Source: Eledone cirrhosa
Taxonomy: Eukaryota
NCBI GenBank assembly: GCA_964016885.1
Contig: OZ024742.1
Span: 180,606,001-180,670,000 of the forward strand
Direction: 5' to 3'
Length of the DNA stretch: 64,000 nucleotides
This document shows positions 47,501 through 61,441 of this stretch, in pieces (positions within the stretch are counted from its first letter, which is position 1; every line of letters begins with the position of its first letter). A program made the translations under genes and the position numbers. Under the pieces are notes generated by a model. That model saw nothing but the letters and a program-made list of their open reading frames with translations. It made no database searches and was not told the DNA's origin.

Positions 47501-49118
47501 ATCAACAATGTATTGCTGAAATAATTTCCCCGCTCGATGTATTACACTGAAACTGCCTCTTATAGCCAAGCAAAATGCATAGAATTCCTGCATTATTACT
47601 TTGTTACAAACTCTTGTTTGATGATGTTGTACGTGTGACATGTTAATATGCCATCCTTGATTGTCATTTGGAAAGAGAAGAGGATATAGCATGGTGTCTA
47701 AGTGGCAAGAAATGTACGATATTCTCTCTTTATGTTGTCCTATAGGATATACAACAATATCACAATGGAGTAGCAGAGCTCCATCTTCACCAACAAAAAT
47801 TGCTGCAACCTCATTGTTCGTTGGATTATTGTATCTGCTTGCATCATGGCCTAGAAGGGATATTTTCTATTGCAGCTTGCTGTTGTTCTTGCATTTCAAC
47901 AGTTCTCATATTATTGTATGCTACTGCATAAGGATTATTATTCATTGAAACCGATAATAAGCAATTGGCATTTTCATTAGCATTTCCTCGGATATGGATT
48001 GCTTCATTTGTTTCAATGATGTAGAGCTGACCATATCTTCTCTGTTCATTTTCGTTTGGATGCAAGTTTCTGGCATAATGATATATTTGACCTTGTAACC
48101 GGGAGCAATAAGGGCCACGTCACGGTGGAGGTTTGATATTGGCACCAAAAGAAGCAAATGCAAAGGCAGAATTATAATTTCTTATGTTGTTCCTAACATT
48201 ATATCCTTCGTGGTTATTTATATCAAATAAGATTATCAGGATATTCTTGTAAAACAGGAAGTAATACTTTTCCATTGTGGCAGCAATTCAGGGGCTCTCC
48301 TGAGAATCTTAGACCTTCACAATATTGACAAATGACATTCATATCACCAATATGAAAACGTAAAGGCTGCTCTTCAATTATGGCATTTCGTCGCTGTTGA
48401 ACTCTGTTTCTCATATTCTCTAGATAAAATTCTTTCTCCTCTGGAATCATGTAATTTCTTCTCTTGTGATCTCTGTTTCTATTATTCTGTAGATTCTGTT
48501 AATTCTTCTATCATGATCTACGTTTCTTCTATTCTCTAGATAAGCCTCTCTCTCTTCTGGATTTCATGTTATTTCTTGTATCATGATCTCCGCTTCTATT
48601 CTCTAGATAAGCTTCTCTCTCCTCTTGGCTCATATCATTCCTCCTTTCTTGCATTTGTTCTCGATTACGGTCACGGATTGCTTGCCTCTCTTCTGCTCGT
48701 AACTGTTGTCGTTGTCTTCTTTGTCACTCTCTCGCTGCCTCTCTTTATTGACTTATTCGATCTTCCATTTTTAAGAATGGTTGTTTCAGTAATTATGAAG
48801 AACACCTAGCTGGTTAGAGATGATGTTTGTCATAAATAAAAACTCTTAACAAAAAAAAAACAAAAAAAGACTGAGGGTAAATTATGACACACACCCCTCT
48901 CTCTATATATATATATAACCCCCCCTCTCTCTAAATATATTAACCCTCCCCTCTATATATATAAACCCATCCCTTTCTCTATGTTGCAACGCTCTTTGAT
49001 TTTCTTTGGCCGTAGATTGTCGTAGATTGTTTACCACCCCACTTCCATTGTTTTACTGAAAGCGTGACACACACGGTTGGACAGACGGTATGTAGGTATT
49101 AGCGTTTTAATATATAGA
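44539..49118 (-). mobile_element. Decayed autonomous Helitron (Rep/Pif1-like helicase)
   Basis: 5' TCTATATATTAAAA; 3' hairpin CGTGAATTTTTTCACG plus CTAG|T; Rep motifs KPDLFITYT, EFQKKGPPHCH, YLFKYVFKG; helicase LDAPGG and QFPVRLSYSMTINKAQGQT; many frameshifts. Confidence 0.97.
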
Positions 49119-50040
49119 CTAGCAGAAAACCACCCTGTTAGCGGTTTTCTGCTAGCAAATCTAGTGTATATACTGATATTGTTGAGATTTGGATGAGAAA
49201 TGTTTTCGGCACCACATCTTCACTGTCTCTCGGTGTGTCTGTTATGCATGTATAAATATATATGTTATCTATACGGTGAAATCTTTGAAATAAATATATG
49301 TTAAAACGAAAAAGGAGAAAATAAATAAATGGCGGTTATATTCCTATGAAATTTTAATCATACCATTAGGTGTGAATAAGGAAATATTTTTTTATTGTCA
49401 AAACAAATGTTCAAAAGTTAAATTTCAATTTTTTGAATTATTTCCAATTTTTTCATGAAATTGAACACTGGACATTGGCTGCTGGAAATGGAAATTGCAT
49501 CGTATTTAATTGTATTTAAATTTCTAACCTTATTTTATTATTTATATTTTTTCAATAAGAAATAAAAAACAACAACAAAAATTGAAGAAAAAAATTGAAC
49601 AAATCAAACGTAGGTTATGGAACTGCGCAATCTGATTAATAAATTACCTCATCAGCAGCAACCTTCTTCAAATGGTCCTTATTATCAGCAGCAACAACCA
49701 CAAATTCAATGGCAACCTTCTTCAAACCACATATTCAATGGCAACCTTCTTCGCATGGTGTCAAGTCAGAACCGCCTCGAACTGGTTACTTCTGGCTTGT
49801 GCAAGGTGTCTCTATAGCAACCAGCGATTCCCTCGGCCTCAGTGACCAAAGTCAGTGGAGAGGGGAAGGTAATGTTTCTATAGCATGTGTTTTAGCGTCT
49901 ATTCACTCTCTCCCCCTCTCCCTCCCGCTATCCCCCTCTCGTTATCTGTCTCTTTCTTTCACTCTCACTCTCTCTCTACGCAGGTGTTTCCACTGTCGGA
50001 CAGACAGACAGAGAAATTGCTGGTTATATATATAAGTAGA
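49119..50040 (-). mobile_element. Non-autonomous Helitron joined head-to-tail to the autonomous one
   Basis: A|TCTACTTATATATAT start, terminal hairpin CTAGCAGAAAACC..GGTTTTCTGCTAG, ends in CTAG. Confidence 0.85.
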
Positions 50041-50519
50041 TTTTTGCTGTGAGAATGGGTTACAGGTGATGGATGATAAAACAGCCACCAGATATGATGG
50101 TTTGTTATAATATTGTACCCTCCTGCTAGACAAATAAGCAATTCCAGACAAACAGAGCAATGGATAACACTGTTACCTCCCAAGAAAAATCTCACAACTC
50201 AGTGATGTAGTTACAATGAGACAAGTAAATTCACCTCTAATAAAGTCTAGTCTTTGTGGGTAAAAAAAATTTACTAAATTGATGATTGGCATGAATAAAA
50301 CTATCAAAACAGCAGTATGGTAAGATGCAATAAAAGTAATCATACCATGTTATCTTTCACATGGGGTAATGAGGGACACATTCGGGCCTTAAATAGATTG
50401 TCCAGTTCAAAAAATATATTGCAGTCTTCATCTAACACCAAAAAAAAAAAAGAAAAAAAAAAGGGTCCTGCAAATTATCCTAGGAGGTGTTGGATGGATG
50501 CACAAAGGTTACATATCAC

Positions 50520-51540
50520 AAAACATTAAGGAGGTCCAGAAAGGAGCAAATGTTAACAATAGACAACTGGAACATTACAACTCTAACAGGTATGAAGCAG
50601 TAAATAGTGGAGGAGCCTGTATGTTACCAGCTAGATATAGTCAGTGTTTCCTCAACAAAGTTTCATGGCTCTGGTACTGTAGATTTGGATGAAGGATGGA
50701 AACTCTACTACTTAGAAGAGATGCAAGAAAAGATGGCACAGGCAGAAATGGGGATACTCACAATTCCTCACCAAACAGATTGTGTTATGGACTGGATCCC
50801 ATTAGGTGAGAGGTTTGCCTCTTGAAGCTTCAGTTGAAAGAAAGGCCTTAGTGGACGGTGCAAGGTTATACTCCAATCAGAGAGTCTGAATACAGATCCT
50901 TCATTGACGAAGTCACGGCAGCATTATTAGGTAGGGGATTGACAGTATCGGTAGAGGGTCAGACGCCATGCTTTGCAGCATAGAGTTAAAATCCCGCTGA
51001 GGTTAACTTTGCCTTTCATCCGTACAGGGTCAATAAAATAAAGTACCAGTAATACACTGGGATAATTGCTGGCCTTGTGCCAAAAGTAGAAAGAATTATT
51101 AGTAGTTACAACTAAGTCATATCCTTTTGGCATTGACTATCTTACATGAAAAGGAGCATCTAGAAGGAATGGTGACCCTGATCTATATGCAAATGGAAAA
51201 GCCTTATGAGATTTCTCTTCTAGTAATGTGTCCTCAATAATGAACACCTTTTCCTGTACAACGATATTCATAAGTGTATATGGTATAAGGGAATTTGTTG
51301 ACAAAGGTCAGCAACTGATTTTTATTGTCCCTCCCTGATCTCTTCAATTATGTGCTGGATGTTTGTGTTAAGAGAGGTGTTGAGCTGTCAACTGATCGTC
51401 ATCTAGTAGTTGCAGCCTGGGACTACCTAAAGTCAATAAAACTCACAAAACTGATAGCTCTTCCAGCTAGGTTGTGGGAAGCGCTGGCTGATGATGATTT
51501 CAAGACCAGCTATATGGATACTATTGCATCCAAATCAGGG
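50520..51540 (+). mobile_element. Decayed RTE endonuclease region interrupted by a SINE at 50930-51097
   Basis: WNITTLTG, LDIVSVSSTKFHGSGTVDLDEGWKLYY and VKRGVELSTDRHLVV. Confidence 0.8.
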
Positions 51541-53659
51541 AAATTCCCAAACAAACAAACAATTCAGAGAAATTCCCTAAACAAACATTACAATGTGTGT
51601 GTGTGCGTATGTGCATGTATAAACATATATGCATATGTATACAATTCCATATATGCACACACATACATTTACATTTTTTTGTGCAATAATTTGTGAAGGT
51701 ATTTCAATCTCTGAATCTATTTCACTGTCTTAGCATATGTGTGTGTGGGGGGCATTGTGAGTAGGTGAGGGAAGGGAGACAAGGAAAGAATTACAAATAG
51801 TAGAGGACAAGAGTGTGTGACAGAGCAGGGAGAGAGAGAAAGAAAGATTCTTGTTGAACTGGCTAGGGACATCTAAAATCAGTTTAAGCGATAATATTTT
51901 TTTCTCTTTCTCTGCACAGGTAATGGAATATGCTAGAAAGATAAAAATCTGATGTCACATGAAATTATCTCTCTAGCTCTGTTACATGACTTCACAAATC
52001 AAATCAGTAAATTAATCTCTCTTACACTCTCTATTCCTCTCTTATTTAAATCTTATTTTAATCTTTCTATTTCTCTCTTGCTCACCCTCTTCTGAAATTA
52101 CTGTCTCTAGTCTTATTTTATTCCTTTTATTCCTGTCTTTCTTTCTCTATTCTTATCTTATTCTCTCCATCCCCCTCTTACTGTTAATCTCTCTTTCACT
52201 CACACTTCTATTTCCCCTTCTCTCTCCATCTCCATCGCCTCTCTCTCTCTCTCTCTTGCTCTCATTTATCTGCTTCACTGGTATAATTTTTTCTTAATAT
52301 TTTTTAATTTTTTTAAAAAGAATTTTGCTGTAAAATTAAATTCTAGTTTTCTTCAATCACTTTGAATAATAGTGTTGTTGTTGTCGTTGTTTAACTCTGA
52401 AGGAGCTGACCTATGATCACTGGCGTTCCAGCCAACCATCCCATTTTCTCTTGTATCATGATCTACATACCACCGAAATGAATTTAATTAATATAAAGTG
52501 GTGTGTGCTCATATGCAGAGATGCTATAAAATAGCTTATAAAATAGGGTGAAGACACTTAAAGATGAAAATGAAGTTTCCATTAACTGTGATGAATAATC
52601 AAACCCCTCAAATTAAATTATATCTACTGCTCATACCTATGTAGATTTAGCTGACCTCATGCAAGTTTGTATAGGGCTTTCTCGTGTGTTTTAATAATAC
52701 AGGTTCATGTCAGATCATGAAAAGCAATGTGAAATGAAATGTCTTTCTTAAGAACAACAAAATTTGTCATGACCATATGGTAATGAGCCCAACACTCTAA
52801 CTACTAGGCCACATATGTTATTTAAAATATTCAGCATATACAAAATTATAGGTAGTTACTTAATGAAATGTTGTCTTCCACTAAAAATAAATAGGAAACA
52901 AATTGTCCATTCTGGGAAGAGGTGAGGCAAGTGTTGTAATGTGTCCAATCTCTCCATGGGTTCTGATGGAGTCATGAGGGTAACATAGTGACATTAAAAC
53001 CTGGTAGAGTCCATATAACTCCAGGTGTGAGAATGGCTGATTTCATCTTGTGAAATAAGGAGTTTAGATAAATTGGAAGTGAGAAAGGCGTTAGAGAAAG
53101 AATTGGCCCCAGAACACAGCTGGTACATCATTTTTTTATCTTAAAAGATTGAAAGGTAAAGGTGATCTCAAGAAGATTTGAACTGAGAGTGAAGATTACC
53201 AGATAGTTAGAATCAATATCTCAATCCATTTTACCTATTATTCTAATAAATCTGTCAAATCCCCATCTGTGAAATGAAGTGTCTTGCTCAAGAACACAAT
53301 GCACACCTCATTCCAGGAACTGAACCCACAACATTATGATTGGGACTCCAATACCCTAATCACTAGACTGTGCATCTTCCTAGAGTATAAGAATTTTTGA
53401 GAATAAATATTATGATAATATGTATAACAGTAGGATCTATAAAATAGCCACAATAGTACAATAAAATAATATACAGTACATGTATAAAAGCTACAGTAAT
53501 ATATGTATCAATATAATAGTCTCATCAATATGATTACAAACATTTAGCATATGTATCAATAAAATCAAATAAAGAATCCTACCTTTGCAGACAAGGAAAA
53601 CAGATGTTAAATGATGATGAGGAGAAGGCAAATGTATATGTGTGTGGATCTTTCTCTTA

Positions 53660-54185
53660 AATTTGTGTCTATTTTGACTAACCACCATCCTGGAGGCAAG
53701 ACTAGAGAAAAGGAAATCTTTGTTATCCTTGGTACAATCCTTCATCCTTTGAATTGTAAGAATGTTTTACAGATTTTGAAGTTTCCAGATATTGTAGCCA
53801 TTTGTAGTTTATGAATTAAGCTGTGTTCTTTCTCTGAAAATCCAACTTCAGATATATTTTGGGTTAGGCGGGTTGGTATATAATCTATAGCTCCAATAAT
53901 AATATGTATGAAGCTCACTATGTATCTTGGGTACTAGATCTGCAAATTCCTCATCAATCGTCTGTAGATATTCTATTTCTCCTGCATTTTCCTTACTACA
54001 TTGACATTGAGTAAGCAGCTGAGTTCTAAAACAGAGAATGTTATTAATGTGTGGTCATCAATAGAGAAACAATGTGAGATATTTCTGGATCCATTTCTAT
54101 GACCATAAAGTGTTGTGAGCAGGTATGATAGTGGGTTTAACAAGAAGATGAAGAGCATCACTGACAAGCTATCAACCTGCAAGAT
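53660..54185 (-). mobile_element. Decayed RT fragment of an R4/Dong-like non-LTR element
   Basis: QVDSLSVMLFIFLLNPLSYLL...RNISHCFSIDD matches the QGDSLSPLLF..ALNPLS.LL...ISHL.YMDD pattern. Confidence 0.6.
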
Positions 54186-54899
54186 ATCTTTTTGCTAGTG
54201 TATAGTATCAGACTCAATTTGTTTATATGCATGTATATGTAGGTTAATAAGTAAATATGTGTGTCTGTTTGTGTGTGTGTAGGTATGCATGAATGTATGT
54301 TAAAAGATGTCGATTATAGTTTTACAATACAGTAGCTGAAATGTTCCACAAGGTTACACCTCTTCAAGGAGAAGGTCACAGTTTACGAGAGTTTCTAGAA
54401 TACTTTCTATAAAACACAATTTATTTTGCTGTAACTCAGAATTTTTAAAAATTAGAAATTTTAATTAATTTATAATAAGGCATCTATACTTACTAGTGAA
54501 GGAAATTGTTTCTGTAATGAGGAGTGAGATTTTTATATAAAAGAGAATTGATTTTGTTAATTAAAAATTTTTAATGTGAATAATTGATGACTGAATTATT
54601 AATAAATGCCAATTTTGTTTGCTAATTTTTTTACCACTTTTTTATGAAGCTCAACTTTAAGCATCATCTGAATTGTTCCATTATCACCAGTTTTACATCA
54701 ATTTTGACTGTAGATTAACCCTTTCAGTATCATATTTCTAATAGAATAGATGCCTATGATTTTTCAAATAATTTAATAATTTTGAAAGTCTTCACAAATT
54801 TGGAGGAATTTAATAGATGCCTCATTATAAATTTCTCAGTTTAAGCTGATGTTTGGAATATAACTTAACTTAAAAGATGTTCTTTCATAAAATGATGAT

Positions 54900-57800
54900 G
54901 GAAGCAGTTTTGATTTCTGGCAAACGATGCAGGAACGGCACCAAGCAGTAATATTGCGCCTCATATTTGGCCAGAAGAATCTGGTTGTTATGCGCTTTAC
55001 TGTGGCAGAAGATCCTGGGTGGTAAATGCTGTGTAAAGCAAGAAACACAGTACGACGATGGTTTAGCGGGACGAATGGTCTCGGTGAATCCACAGAAACG
55101 TCGCAGAGAATCAGTCCGTCTGCGGTGGGCAATGGCAGGTATTTCAAATTACTCGTCGCAAATTTGATTCCAGTGCAGGTTGGTCTGCTGCCAAGTGATT
55201 TAAATCGATGTCGTGGGATGACGCAATTGAACTGATCGGCAATCGAGACAGGGCGTCAGCCGCTGTGTTCAATGAGCCTGGAATGTGTTGGATGTCGTTT
55301 GTGAATTGCGAGATAAAGTCGAGATGCCTTGTTTCTCTGGGCGAGTACTTGTCGGACTTTGCCCTTAAAGCGAAGGTCAAAGGTTTATGGTCAGTATAGA
55401 TTGTAAAACACCTTCCTTCAAGCATATGTGAAAAATGTTTCACGGAAAGGTAGATGGCTAACAGCTCCCGGCCAAAGATGCTGTAGCGAGTTTCTGCAGG
55501 TTTCAACTTCCTGGAGAAAAATTCCAATGGTTGTTGGTGATCGTCACTACACTGTTGTAAGACTGCACCCACTGCAGTATCTGACGCATCAAAACAAAGT
55601 GAAAGCTTGGCATTGGACACTGGGAGGGCCAGCAAAGATGCACTAGCCAATGCTGATTTGGCTTTTTGAAAATCCTCGAGCTGAGTCTGAGTCAAAGAGA
55701 TTTCCTTGTTCTTCTTGCAGCAATTTTTCAGAATCTCAGTAAGAGAGAAGAGTAGCTTAGCACAATTAGACTGCCTATAAAAATTAATCAGCCCCAAGAA
55801 TTGGCGCAACTGACGGAGTGAGGTTGGTGGAGGTAAATACTCTATAGCTTTAACTCTCTCAGGAATAGGTCGAATACCGTCAGAGTCAATGACATGACCT
55901 AAAAAATTCAGTGATTCTGCACCGAAAACACATTTTGGTGGATTAATTTGAACACTGTAATCCTTGAGTCGACAAAACAAAAGATTCAAATGACATATGT
56001 GTTCTTCTCTGGAGGAACTAGCAATAAGCAGATCATCAATATAAGTATAGACGAAGTCTAAACCATGAGTGACCTCATCCATGTACCGTTGAAAGGTGCT
56101 AGCAGCATTCCTGAGTCTGAAAGGCAGGGTAAGAAATTTGAATGATCCAAATAGAGTCGTAATGGCCGTTTATCTTCTTTCCTGACAGGAATCTGATGAT
56201 AGGCTCGCACCAAATCGAGCTTCGAGAAAATTTTACATCCCTGCAACGACGATGCAAAATCTTGCAGGTGTAGAATAGGGTATCTATCCGGGACATTTAT
56301 AGCATTTAACTTCCTATAATCCCCAGTGGGTCTCCAGTCGCCAGAAGTCTTGGGTACCATGTGTAACGGAGAAGCCCAAGAGCTCGTAGAAGGGCGAATT
56401 ATGCCAAGCTGCAGCATGTGGTTGAACTCAGACCGTGCTGCCTTCAATTTGTCCGCAGGCAAGCGGCGAGGACGTGAGAACACTGGGGCGCCAGTTGTAG
56501 AGATAAAATGCTCGAAAATTTCCCTGGGAAAGAATTCAACAATGCATGATAGAGATTCCCAGCATTAGCGATGAAAAAGGTCGGGCTAACCATTGGAAAA
56601 TTAACTTTCTGGCCATGAAGAGAAAAACCAGTAATGCGTCCACCGTCAATGCAAAATGGTGTAGAAAATCCGCTCCCAAGATCGGGTATGGTAGGTCAGC
56701 AACTGTAAAAATCCATTTGAATTCTCGTTGAAGATTTCTGAATTGCAGACGAAGCGAGATTTGTCCAAACGTCCATATCGGCGAATGATTGACAGCTTGT
56801 AGATTCATTGATGACTCAGGAGGAGTTTCTTTAACACAGTTCACTGGCCAAATGCTGCAGGAGGCTCCCGTATCTACGAGGAAAGATCTTCCAGACAGGA
56901 GGTCCTCTATGAAGAAATGGCAGTTCTGTTGTGTCTCGCAGAGTTCACTTGCCACCTTTAGTGACTCTGATCTACATTTCCCGAAGCTGAATATTTACAT
57001 GGAGGCCGGCAATGTTTTGCCTTCTCCGCGAAGGTGGCATGATACCAGCAAAATAATGGATTGCTGGCAGCGAAGTAGTATGCTGACGTGGAGTCGCGAA
57101 CGACTCCTAGGCTGCTGGGAATATAGCCTATTCTCCCTGCATAACCGAGCGACTTGCTGCGTCAAAGCGTCAATAGCTTTTAACATGGCATCCTCGCATG
57201 TCGAAATGGGCTGGTTCAAAATTGAAGAAGAAGCAGGTAAATTAGGACTACTCATCATTAGCATGTATCAGTTCCACATAAAAAATACTAAATGATATCC
57301 AAGTAAAGAAATGCAACGTGTGTTAGATGTTTGGAACAACGGGAAAACTACACACATTTCCTTCAACATCCATGAAGAAAGAAGAAATTCAAAATCCAGA
57401 ATCGACAAGTCACAATAATTCAAGGCAGAGGGAGAAGGAGATGGCATCACATGATGCGTCTCAGCCCATCAGATGGCTGCATTTCGGAGAAGAAAGACAA
57501 TTGGTGGACCAGTCAGCCAGTGTGAATTTTTTTTTTTTATTTGTTAAACGAACAATTTTAAATTTTGTTATTTTTGCATAGTTGCAAGAAATAAAATATT
57601 AGTTTCGTCAATTTTTTTTTTTTATGCTTCTCTAGAAGTTTTTAGAAGTCTTTTTAGAAGGCTATGTATTGCATAATCGGGGTCAACCTCTTTAAGAGAG
57701 ATGGTCACCAATTTTAGAAGGTTGCGTTGTTTTACGATTTAGAGGGGAGTTCGTTTCCCTAGCTTGGCTGGTAGAAAATCTCTTCTATTTGTTGTTAGGT

Positions 57801-58133
57801 GTAGGTAAACAATTAAGCAAAAAGAACATACCTCGAGATTATATGTACATGAGCATTTTAATCAGAGCAATAAACAAAACAGGTTATCATATCAGTTGCT
57901 ATTTGATTGGTAATTGGTAATTCGTAATTATCATTTCGTGGTGGTGTTCAAATATCCTGTGACCGCATGCTGCAAAGTCGCTGTTTCGCCACAGTGAAAC
58001 GCGTCTGCTCGCATCAACACACAAAGTTGGAAAGTCAGTGTATTCAGCTACTGATGTCAAAACGTGACATCAGAACTAAGGGCAGATAATCGAGTGCCTC
58101 TAAAGTCAAAGCTAGGTGTCGTGATCTTCTACA
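54900..58133 (-). mobile_element. 3'-truncated Gypsy LTR retrotransposon
   Basis: Protease FLVDTGAS, RT ([18 protein letters not shown]), RNase H (DASD, RELLAI, TDHKPL, ADALSR) and integrase HHCC in Gypsy order; ends before the integrase core. Confidence 0.95.
57713..58133 (-). repeat. 5' LTR of the Gypsy element
   Basis: Inverted termini TGTAGAAG...CTTCTAAA, followed 2 nt later by the primer-binding site TGGTGACC. Confidence 0.8.
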
Positions 58134-58509
58134 GGTTTCTTTGTGTTTTAATAAATTGGAGCCCCATTTCTACCATGAAACGTAAAGGAAAAAGGAGTGA
58201 TTAATCAAGAATATAACAAGCTTCCCAGTCCAAGAATAGAGCTCACAAGCTGATGAACATGATTCCTATATACTAACCACTTAGTGTAATGGTAACACAG
58301 TCACTCAGCATATGGCAGATGCAAGTTCTGTTTCTACAACCATTTCACACACCACCAATTTCAGAACTCTAATACTACCAGTGTGATATTTAATCTTCAT
58401 TCCTCAAGGAGAACTTAAAATAAGATAGAGTTGACACATTAGATTCTAAGTTTGCTCTTCCATCTAAGAAATTGGTGTACTATTTAGTATTTTATAGTAC
58501 TAATTCTAT

Positions 58510-58970
58510 GACAAAATGTACCCAATACCTTCTTTAAAGTGTTAGTGGTGGTGCCACAATAAAAAGCAGCCAGTTATTCTGTAAAGTCATAGTGATGATG
58601 CTATGATAAAATGCACTTAGTACACTTCATAAAATGATAGTGCTAGTACCATGGTAAAATACACCCAGTACATTCTGTGAAGCAGTAATGCTGGTACCAC
58701 AATAAAATGCACTCAGTTTACTTTGTAAAGTGGCCGCACTGGTGCTTTGATGAAATGCACTGAGTACATTCTGTAAAGTGGTAGTGTTGGTACCATGACA
58801 AAATGCACCTAGTACACTCTTTAAATTGGGAGGTGTTAGGAAGGGCATCCAGCCATAAAAACCTTACCAAAATTAGAACATATGAACAAGACGAGTTATC
58901 CTGACCTGTCTAGTCACAAACTTTGTCAACCCATCCAACCTATGCCAATGTGGAAAGTGGACATAAAACA
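58510..58970 (+). repeat. About six degenerate ~50-bp units leading into the RTE-derived module and tail
   Basis: AAAATGCACCCAGTACATTCTGTAAAGTGG-like units, then GGTGTTAGGAAGGGCATCCAGCC. Confidence 0.75.
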
Positions 58971-61159
58971 GAAGTTCCAAAATAACTACTAAAAATACAC
59001 TTAAACCATTTCTACTGATATGCTGTCATCACAACTGTTCAATATTTATTGATTTTTTTCTGATGGAATAATGCTACACATTTGTAGGATGGGTATAGTT
59101 TGATTGAATCAACTCCAAAAATGTATGTGTATTTCTTCAAAACTTGTTCCAAAGTGAAATAAATTGATTTCTCACGAAGAAGAAGAAATTGCCTAACATT
59201 TCAAGCAGAGCAATTCATTAGAGATAGATGTTTTCTGTTGATATTGAATATATTGGAAGAAGTGAAAGAACATCGTTAGTTTCTTCACACCATACACATT
59301 TCTTTTGATACTAAGCCACCATATGCTCCCATTATACAATACAATCCTGTTTATTTTAAAGTGTTGATATTCATAAAAACTAAAATTCATCCATTGTCAT
59401 TTTATGTAAGAACCTTCAAGTTATGATCCAAACAACAAGCTTTATAATAATGATTTCTAACATATGCACAAGACCACAAATCTTTTAGTAACGGGAAGTT
59501 GATTAATTCAATTTCAGTACTTGACGGATAATTTATTTCATCAATACCAGAAGGATGGGAATCACAGTTGAAATAAGTGGCTTTTCAACTCAAAAGAGCT
59601 GTAACTAAATGCCAAGAGGTATTTTGCCTAATTCTCTAACACTACTACCAACCCATTGTCAATCAGAGAATGATTTCTAATTAAGGCACAAGGCCAGCAG
59701 GGAAAATTGATGTTGGACTGGTACTTTGTTTTGTCAAATTTAGAACGAAGACAATCAAATATCACCTTGAAGCCAGAATATAAAGAACCGTACCTATGTG
59801 CCACAAAGAATTTTGCTTGGTGTTAATCCACTGCCCTTAATGATAATAAAGTTTGTTATATTACAAAATCTTTTTCAATTTGTGGTTATTTTCAAAATTA
59901 TTTGAAAATTATAGGCAATGTTTTTTTGTTAGATTTATGATAACGAAAGGGTTAAATAGTTCTTTTGTAAAGTGGGCACTAACTTTATTAATCTAGTGAA
60001 TGAAGAAAGACATTTCAATTAATTAAAATTACACACCTAGTGATGGGAAAGTGTCATTATGTAAATTGGGAAGACAGATATGGAATTAAAATTAATTGAA
60101 ATTAAATGAAATTAATTTATAATGGAATGCAAAGGAAAGTGAACTTTTTTATATTTGGCACTACAGGGAATATATTGTGCTCTTATTAGATTTTGCTTGC
60201 AAAGATTGACCCTTACTGTCAGACCGTAGATGTTTAGAGAAGTATACAGTCCTTCATTTGGTTTAGTAGCATATCAGAGAATGTGCTGGACTACTAACAT
60301 AATTCAAATGAGATCATGTTTTCACTAAACAGTAAGCCATTGATTTAATAAACTAATGGTAGGGTGGAGAAAGGTATGTCCATAAATGGTAAAAATTTTG
60401 TTAAATCAAAGGTAACTAAGGGATATTTTCATTGTTTATAAAGTAAAAAATAAAGCTTTCATGTGATATATACTAATTGCACAGTATATACTTATTTAAT
60501 TATACTAAAGAATATGTAGTATTTAATTCACTTTTGATAGTGTAGTAGAAACGTATTTTGTTGTGACAACAGTGGTGGTACAAGATGTGTTTTAAGGCTC
60601 TGCCTTAAAACTCCTTAAGCAGAGGTTAGCCATGTGGGCCCCAAGACAGGCTTTATATTCATCATGAATTGAGGTAATGTTTTATGGCCAGTTCCCTTCC
60701 TAGCACCAACCCTTTTAGTCACCTCTTATGACTTGCAAGATTTAGTTAACCATTTTGTGACTTAATTTTAATCAGATTTACTCTATTTCAATTAATTAAT
60801 GAAGAATTTAGAAGGATTTACTAAACTTATCTTTTTCCTTACTAAGAAAGTAACTTAAAAAATGGTTCTTATATAAAATAATGATGGAAGATTTTAATTT
60901 ACATAGGAACCATTTAAAATGGGTGAGTTTTTTTTTTTACACTATCAGGGCTTATTTAGAGCAATATGGCACCAAAAGGGTTAAATTAGGGTCTGTTATA
61001 CTGAGGGTTTACTGTATATGGAGCAGGCTGTTGTCTGACAGATAATCATGTGTATGGCCTCACTACCACTCAACTTGAGATATTCTACCCACTGTATTTC
61101 TTCGGCTTCCTATGGGAACAAGCCAAAGCTGAAGCATATAGACAGTATGCGCCCACCCC

Positions 61160-61441
61160 CTCCCACTGTAAAGTGGTTGTGTAGATGTCATGACAAAAAG
61201 CACCCAGTCCACACTGTAAAGTGGTCGTGTAGGTGCCACAGTCAAAAAAGCACCCAGTACTCACTGTAAATGAGGTTGGTGTTAGGAAGGGCACCCAACT
61301 GTATAAATCAAGCCAAAATCAGTTCCATATGAGCAAGGCATGGTCACTGGACCTGGCATTGCCTACAACAGGAAAACCCATCTAACCCATGCTGGGGTGG
61401 AAGAATGGACATAAAACGGTGATTATGATGATGATGATGAT
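61160..61441 (+). mobile_element. RTE-derived module plus tail
   Basis: AAAAAGCACCCAGT..CACTGTAAA units, GTTAGGAAGGGCA, (TGA)n tail. Confidence 0.8.
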
